Notes under the pieces: model-generated
Database searches by the model: none
What the model was told of the DNA's origin: nothing
The model's input: only the letters and a program-made list of their open reading frames with translations
DNA from: a virus
Taxonomy: Duplodnaviria > Caudoviricetes
IMG/VR virus record: IMGVR_UViG_3300007515_000008
Coordinates: 1 to 63,835 of that record
Length of the DNA stretch: 63,835 nt
Direction: 5' to 3' (one strand)
Part shown: one piece after another, positions 58,029 to 63,835 of the stretch
Layout of the letters: every line of letters starts with the position of its first letter
Position numbering within the stretch: position 1 is the first letter of the stretch
Position numbers and translations under genes: made by a program

Positions 58029-58394
58029 ATGGCATATTTTGCAAAGTTAAATGGAAATAATATAGTAACTAAAGTTGAAGCAGTTGTTAATGAAGTAATT
58101 ACTGATGGTGATGGAGTTGAACAAGAACAATTAGGTATTGATTTTTTATACTCTTTACATGGTAATTCTGGTTGGTATAAACAAACATCATATAATAGCA
58201 GTATGCGTAAAAATTTTGCTGGAGTAGGATTTACATATGATGCAACAAGAGATGCTTTTATTCCTCCACAAGAGTATGCCTCTTGGACACTAAACGAAAC
58301 TACTTGTCAATGGGAAGCTCCAGTAGCTAGACCAGATGATGGTAAGCAATATAAATGGGATGAAGCAACAACTAGTTGGAAGGAGATTGAATAA
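58029..58394 (+). CDS. Conserved partner/chaperone of the Gly-rich fibre
   Basis: MAYFAKL...KQTSYN...RKNFAGVGFTYD..RDAFIPP...WEAP. Confidence 0.65.
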   Translation: MAYFAKLNGNNIVTKVEAVVNEVITDGDGVEQEQLGIDFLYSLHGNSGWYKQTSYNSSMRKNFAGVGFTYDATRDAFIPPQEYASWTLNETTCQWEAPVARPDDGKQYKWDEATTSWKEIE

Positions 58395-58999
58395 TGGCTT
58401 ATATAGGTAACAGTCCTGCTAACGTAGGCAACTATCAGATAGTAGATGACATATCTAGTAGCTTCAATGGATCGTTAACGTCCTTTGCGTTAACATCAGG
58501 TAGTATTGCAGTAACTCCAGCTAAATCAGGACAACTCTTGGTTGCTATTAATGGAGTTATGCAACAGCCAGATGATACTGGCACAAACGGATTTAAGGCA
58601 TCTAGCTCAAATATAGTATTCAGTTCGCCCCCGGCTAACGGAGATACTTTTTGGGCAGTATACCAAGGACAGAATGTAGATATTGGAACGCCTTCTGATG
58701 GTACAGTAAGTGAAGCACAGTTAAATATATCTAATAATCCTACTAACGGACATTTCTTATCTGCTCAATCGGGTAATACTGGGGGATTAACATGGGCGGA
58801 AGTAGATGCTCTACCTTCTCAATCAGGTAATGCAGGTAAATTTTTAACAACAAATGCCTCAACAGCTAGTTGGGCAACGATTTCTACGGTATTTCCATTT
58901 TTCAAAGCCGATGGAAGTGCAGACAATATAACAATAACCAATGGAGAATTTCCATTCTACAAAGCCAATGGTTCACAAGATAATATAGGAGTTTCATAA
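58394..58999 (+). CDS. Tail fibre/structural protein
   Basis: MAYIGNSP; DDISSSFNG; LLVAINGVMQQP. Confidence 0.65.
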   Translation: MAYIGNSPANVGNYQIVDDISSSFNGSLTSFALTSGSIAVTPAKSGQLLVAINGVMQQPDDTGTNGFKASSSNIVFSSPPANGDTFWAVYQGQNVDIGTPSDGTVSEAQLNISNNPTNGHFLSAQSGNTGGLTWAEVDALPSQSGNAGKFLTTNASTASWATISTVFPFFKADGSADNITITNGEFPFYKANGSQDNIGVS

Positions 59000-59634
59000 T
59001 GGCAGATAAAATACCAGTCAAGGCGATATATTCAGGTTCTGATGTAACATCACTTGGCGAATATGCGAGCGGTGATACAATTGCAGCAAGTTATATCAAT
59101 GGTCTTGCAGGCGAGGTAACTGGTACAGGTGGTGCCACAGTTGTTGCAGACAACATTATTGATGAAGCTAACCTCAAAGTATCTAACTCGCCTACTAATG
59201 GATATGTTCTTACAGCACAATCTGGAAATACGGGTGGTCTAACGTGGGCAGCAGATTCCACGACAGATTCAACTAAGTTACCTTTGGCTGGAGGCACATT
59301 AACAGGAGCAGTTATGACTGCTACTGATACTGACGCAACTAATACAGGTTCAATAACTTTAAATTTCTCTACTAATCAGAATTTCGTATTGACCTTAACA
59401 GGTAATGTAACTTTAGCTAATCCTAGTACAGAAGCAGTAGGACAATCTGGATTCATTGCTTTCATTCAAGATGGCACAGGATCGAGAACAGTTTCTCTAG
59501 GAACAGATTATGAAACTGCAGGTGCAGCAGGATTAACATTAACATCAACAGCAAGTGCTACGGATTTAGTTCCATACTTAGTTGTTGCTTCAAACAGAAT
59601 TTTATTAGGAACACCGCAACTTGCGTTTGCTTAA
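58999..59634 (+). CDS. Tail fibre/structural protein
   Basis: KLPLAGGTLTG; NFVLTLTGNVTLANP...QDGTGSRT. Confidence 0.65.
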   Translation: MADKIPVKAIYSGSDVTSLGEYASGDTIAASYINGLAGEVTGTGGATVVADNIIDEANLKVSNSPTNGYVLTAQSGNTGGLTWAADSTTDSTKLPLAGGTLTGAVMTATDTDATNTGSITLNFSTNQNFVLTLTGNVTLANPSTEAVGQSGFIAFIQDGTGSRTVSLGTDYETAGAAGLTLTSTASATDLVPYLVVASNRILLGTPQLAFA

Positions 59635-59646
59635 AGGAGAGATAAC

Positions 59647-62600
59647 ATGGCTTTAGGATCACCACAATGGATGTACGCTTCTGGTGAGGCTTTCACTATA
59701 GACCAGAGTCTTAGGTTTAATGATGATGATAGTGCTTATTTAAGTAGAACTTTTGCAACACCTACTAATCCTGATATATTTACTATAAGTTGTTGGGTAA
59801 AAAGAGGTAATCTTAGTGCTAATTCAACAGACTCTCAATCTGGGTTTTTTGGTCAGCAAGGTTCTGATTGGGGATTGATTAACTTTGACTCTAATGATAA
59901 ATTGTTTTGGAGAGATAAGCCAAGTGGAGCAGATAATTGTGTTTTAAAAACAACTAGGGTATTTAGAGATTTAAGTGCGTGGTATCACTTAGTATTTATA
60001 TATGACAGTTCAGATGGTACAGAGGGTGATAGAGCTCAGATTTGGGTTAATGGAGTAAGAGAAACAGTATTTGATTCTGGAGAAGAACATTATCCTTCTT
60101 CAAGTGCAACTAGTGCTTGGAATACAGCTGGTGTTCGTACTATTGGTGGATATAATGCAACTACTATTGAGCAGGAATATGATGGCTGCCTAGCAGAAGT
60201 ACACTTCATAGATGGTACTGCCTTAACCCCAACTTCATTCGGTGAAACAGGTGATTATGGTGAATGGAAACCTATAGAAGTAAGTGGTTTAACTTATGGT
60301 ACTAATGGATTCTATCTACCATTCAAGCAAGACTACACAGTAGAGGGTTTTAGTGCTACTACTTATAAAGGTGAAGGTGGTACTAGATATGTAGGAGGAA
60401 CTGGATTTAGACCAAGCCTTAACTGGATAAAACGAAGAAACGGTAATGGTAGTCATAGAATAACTGACATTGTAAGAGGTGCAGGAAAAACTTTGATGTC
60501 TGATGACACAGGTGCAGAATATGTTGGTAACGATACTTCTGCTTTTAAACCAGATGGTTTTACCAATGGCGGTAATAGTGATGACTCTGGCGATACTTAT
60601 GTAGCTTGGTCTTGGGATATGGGTGCTAATAGCCCTACTGGTTTCGGTTGTGTTACTTATAAAGGTAATGGTGGTACACAATCTATTGGAGATGTTGGAT
60701 TTAGTCCAGATTTAGTTTGGACAAAATCAAGAACTTCAAGTCACGGTTCAGCAGTTTTTGATACGATTAGTGGTGGAAACAATAGATTAGATACAACTTC
60801 TAGTCAAGAAAGTAGGTCAAATGAAGGTAATATAAAATTCGAACCTGATGGTTTTAGTGTAACTTCTTCTCATCCTACAACTAATTATAATAACGCTGAT
60901 ATGGTATCTTATTTTTGGAATATGGGTGGCACAAGTGTTGCTAATACTACTGGAAGTATTAATTCAACTGTACGAGCGAGTACAACTTATGGACAATCAA
61001 TAGTTTCTTATACTGGTACAGGTAGTAATGCTACAGTTGGACACGGACTTAGTTCTGCTCCTGAGATGATTATAGTTAAACGCAGAAGTTCAAGCCAAAG
61101 CTGGATGGTTTATCACGCAGGTATTGCTTCTGATGCTGAAACTGATGCAATTAAATTAAATACTACTGATGCAGCTTTTGATGACAATAGTGCGTGGAAT
61201 GACACAGCACCAACAAGTAGTGTATTTAGTTTAGGTACTGGTGGTACTAACGGCTCTAGTGAAACTCATATAGCCTACTGTTTCCATAGTGTATCAGGCT
61301 ACAGCAAGTTTGGAACTTATAGTGGTTCAGGTGGTTCAGGAAATGCACAGACATTAGGATTTAGACCTGCATTCTTAATGGTTAAAAGAACAGACTCTAC
61401 TAGCAATTGGGCAATAATGGATAGTACGAGGTCACCTCTTAATCCTGTCGATAAAGCTCTAAGAGGTGACGCAAGTAATGCTGAAGATGATTTAAGTTCT
61501 AATTACCAAGTTACTTTTACTGATACAGGATTTAGTTTTAGTAATTATGGCTACAATGAAACAGGTTCAACTTATGTCTATATGGCATTTGCTGGTGGTA
61601 TGGATAGTATCTCAGACTATAACGATACTGGAACAATAGACTCTAGGGTTAAAGCAAATACTACTTATGGACAGAGCATAGTTTCTTACAATGGAAATGC
61701 TACAGCAGGTGCTACTTTAGGACACGGATTATCTTCAGCTCCTAATATGATTATATTAAAACATAGGGATAATAATGGTGAGTCAGCGAGGGTTTATCAT
61801 TCTGGCGTTACTAATGGACATTTAGGATTTTTAAATCTAAATAATACCAATGCGTGGTCAGATAATACACTATCAGCTTGGAACGATACTGCACCTACAT
61901 CAAGTGTGTTTTCAATAGGTAATGACACAGCACTTAATGGTGATGGTAAACCTTATATAGCTTGGTGTTTCCATAATGTAACTGGGTATAGTTCATTTGG
62001 AAGTTATACTGGTAATGGGGGTTCAGGAACTATTACTGTTACAACTGGTTTTAAACCAGCTTGGATAATGGTGAAAAGAACTGACTCAACATCTGATTGG
62101 TCAATATTTGATACAACAAGACAGCCTTCTGGAGATGCTAATAATGTATTAGACGAAAGTTTAGCTGCTAATTTATCTAATGCAGTTGGAACAGATAATG
62201 ATTTTGCAAAGTTAACTGATACAAGTTTTATAGTTCAAGCAAATGATTATGGTTTTTGTAATGCAAGTGGTGGTACTTACATCTACGCAGCTTTCGCTGA
62301 CAAACGAGAGTACGCATACTGGCTAGATCAAAGTGGTAACAACAATGACTGGACTTCTAATAACCTAACAGAGTCAGATATATCTGTTGATAGTCCTACG
62401 AATAACTTTGCTACCTTTAATCCAATAGATGCTTCTGGTAATGATAATACTTATTCTGAGGGTAATCTTAAAGTATATCTACACAATCAAGGACAGGATG
62501 AAACTGTTAAAGCTACAATGGGTGCTAGTTCTGGTAAATGGTATTGGGAGCATTATGCTGAATCTTCAACTGACGATGGTGGTAATTTTTATGTAGGAAT

Positions 62601-63835
62601 AAGGTCGCCAGATGAAAGTAATTATTGGATAGTTCGTGGCTCAAATGGAGAATACGAAACTACTGGTGGTACTCAAGGTACAAATTCAGCAATTTCTTAT
62701 GATGTTGGAGATATTGTAGGTGTTGCTGTTGATTTAGATAACAGTAAATGGTGGGTTTCTATAAATGGTGTTTTTGTTGGCTCACCAACATCAGGAACAA
62801 GTCCAATTCATTCTAATTTATCTGGAACAGTTCTTCCAACTACACAGAACGCAAATAGCGGTGAAAGACATACATTTGTAGTCAACTTCGGTCAAGATTC
62901 CTCATTTGCTGGTAACAAGACAGCACAAGGTAATCAAGATGGTAATGATATAGGTGATTTCTATTACACTCCGCCTACAGGATATTTAGCATTATGTACA
63001 TCTAACCTACCAGCAGTAGATGTTGTACCTAGTGAGCATTTTAATATTGTTACTTATAGTGGTGATGGTGCTACTGACCAAAGTATTACTGGAGTAGGTT
63101 TTCAACCAGACTTTACTTGGTTGAAACGAAGAAATGCCAGTGAGCGACATATGTTAGTAACGCCTCTCCATACTCACACTAGTGGTGCTTATCATTGGAA
63201 TGATTCTGCTTCTAATGAAGGAGATTTTAGTGGTGGAGTTGGTCTTGGTTCTTTTGATTCAGATGGATTTACATTTGATGGTTCGGATGCTACTTGGAAT
63301 GCAAGTGGAAGCACATACGTATCTTGGAATTGGTTAGCAGGCAATACTACTTTAGGAACAGGTGATTTTACACAAGGAGATATTGCATCAACTTGTAGAA
63401 GAAATGTTGATGCTGGATTTAGTATTATTTCTTATACTGGTAATGGAAGCTCTAATCAAGATGTAGGACACGGATTGTCCAAGCGACCAGAGATGGTATT
63501 TTATAAAAACAGAGATGAAAATAGTAGGAATTGGAGTGTCTACCACAAAGATATGAATCCTTCTGATGAAGGTGCATTTCATATGAATTTAAATTTAACT
63601 GATGCCAGAGGAGCTGCTTCTGTTATTTTCAACGACCAAGAAACAACAGCTACAACAATTCCTGTGGGTACAAGTTCTGATAATAATGATTCTGGTAGTA
63701 AACATATAGCTTACGCTTTCCACTCTGTAGATGGCTTCTCGAAAGTGGGTTCATATACTGGTAATGGTAATGCTGATGGTACATTTGTTTACACTGGATT
63801 TAGACCAGCTTGGGTAATGTATAAGAGAACTGATA
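59647..63835 (+). CDS. Giant (at least 1396 aa) LamG/SPRY repeat tail fibre or receptor-binding protein, 3'-partial (not in ORF track)
   Basis: AAGGAG RBS then ATG at 59647; MALGSPQW...IDQSLRFND...WVKRG...WYHLV...EVHFIDG; repeated GFxP and GHGL units; SGKWYWE; still in frame at the window end. Confidence 0.85.
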   Translation, partial: MALGSPQWMYASGEAFTIDQSLRFNDDDSAYLSRTFATPTNPDIFTISCWVKRGNLSANSTDSQSGFFGQQGSDWGLINFDSNDKLFWRDKPSGADNCVLKTTRVFRDLSAWYHLVFIYDSSDGTEGDRAQIWVNGVRETVFDSGEEHYPSSSATSAWNTAGVRTIGGYNATTIEQEYDGCLAEVHFIDGTALTPTSFGETGDYGEWKPIEVSGLTYGTNGFYLPFKQDYTVEGFSATTYKGEGGTRYVGGTGFRPSLNWIKRRNGNGSHRITDIVRGAGKTLMSDDTGAEYVGNDTSAFKPDGFTNGGNSDDSGDTYVAWSWDMGANSPTGFGCVTYKGNGGTQSIGDVGFSPDLVWTKSRTSSHGSAVFDTISGGNNRLDTTSSQESRSNEGNIKFEPDGFSVTSSHPTTNYNNADMVSYFWNMGGTSVANTTGSINSTVRASTTYGQSIVSYTGTGSNATVGHGLSSAPEMIIVKRRSSSQSWMVYHAGIASDAETDAIKLNTTDAAFDDNSAWNDTAPTSSVFSLGTGGTNGSSETHIAYCFHSVSGYSKFGTYSGSGGSGNAQTLGFRPAFLMVKRTDSTSNWAIMDSTRSPLNPVDKALRGDASNAEDDLSSNYQVTFTDTGFSFSNYGYNETGSTYVYMAFAGGMDSISDYNDTGTIDSRVKANTTYGQSIVSYNGNATAGATLGHGLSSAPNMIILKHRDNNGESARVYHSGVTNGHLGFLNLNNTNAWSDNTLSAWNDTAPTSSVFSIGNDTALNGDGKPYIAWCFHNVTGYSSFGSYTGNGGSGTITVTTGFKPAWIMVKRTDSTSDWSIFDTTRQPSGDANNVLDESLAANLSNAVGTDNDFAKLTDTSFIVQANDYGFCNASGGTYIYAAFADKREYAYWLDQSGNNNDWTSNNLTESDISVDSPTNNFATFNPIDASGNDNTYSEGNLKVYLHNQGQDETVKATMGASSGKWYWEHYAESSTDDGGNFYVGIRSPDESNYWIVRGSNGEYETTGGTQGTNSAISYDVGDIVGVAVDLDNSKWWVSINGVFVGSPTSGTSPIHSNLSGTVLPTTQNANSGERHTFVVNFGQDSSFAGNKTAQGNQDGNDIGDFYYTPPTGYLALCTSNLPAVDVVPSEHFNIVTYSGDGATDQSITGVGFQPDFTWLKRRNASERHMLVTPLHTHTSGAYHWNDSASNEGDFSGGVGLGSFDSDGFTFDGSDATWNASGSTYVSWNWLAGNTTLGTGDFTQGDIASTCRRNVDAGFSIISYTGNGSSNQDVGHGLSKRPEMVFYKNRDENSRNWSVYHKDMNPSDEGAFHMNLNLTDARGAASVIFNDQETTATTIPVGTSSDNNDSGSKHIAYAFHSVDGFSKVGSYTGNGNADGTFVYTGFRPAWVMYKRTD

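Noticed and set aside
1-63835. tRNA genes, integrase/att sites, DGR reverse transcriptase, introns/inteins, stop-codon recoding
   Set aside because: None recognised by eye; core genes are of normal length and intact in the standard bacterial code

Overview
This looks like a near-complete genome of an AT-rich, apparently lytic podovirus, circularly permuted and opened inside a giant tail-fibre gene (59647..end, continuing at 1..271). The iscU gene and tail-protein families suggest a marine proteobacterial host. There are two arms. The + strand late arm (44925..63835 plus 1..22421) carries terminase, portal, scaffold, a phiEco32/SU10-type major capsid, adaptor, many fibres, a membrane module with holin-like genes and iscU, the nozzle and ejection proteins. 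The - strand arm (44765..22470) carries small early genes (ArdA, SSB), a primase, a T7-like RNA polymerase, a likely cytosine-modification cluster, a gp2.5-like SSB, SF2 helicase, YqaJ nuclease, RusA-like resolvase and class Ia RNR. The arms meet at a bidirectional terminator near 22.45 kb. Main discovery: two different single-subunit RNA polymerases and no recognisable DNA polymerase. One is a compact 1215-aa N4-vRNAP-like enzyme at the end of the ejection-protein cluster; the other is an unsplit ~813-aa T7-like enzyme. I found two identical 22-bp T7-like promoter candidates (ATTCGACCACTCCCTTATAGAG) in opposite orientations: one overlaps the RNAP stop codon and faces the DNA-metabolism genes, the other lies inside the early region and faces the late arm. 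Other observations: a thermonuclease domain on the largest ejection protein, four H-type pseudoknots in early leaders, a 4x14-bp tandem array, and a TGATCT cluster at the arm junction. All calls come from manual motif reading; no searches or folding programs were run.
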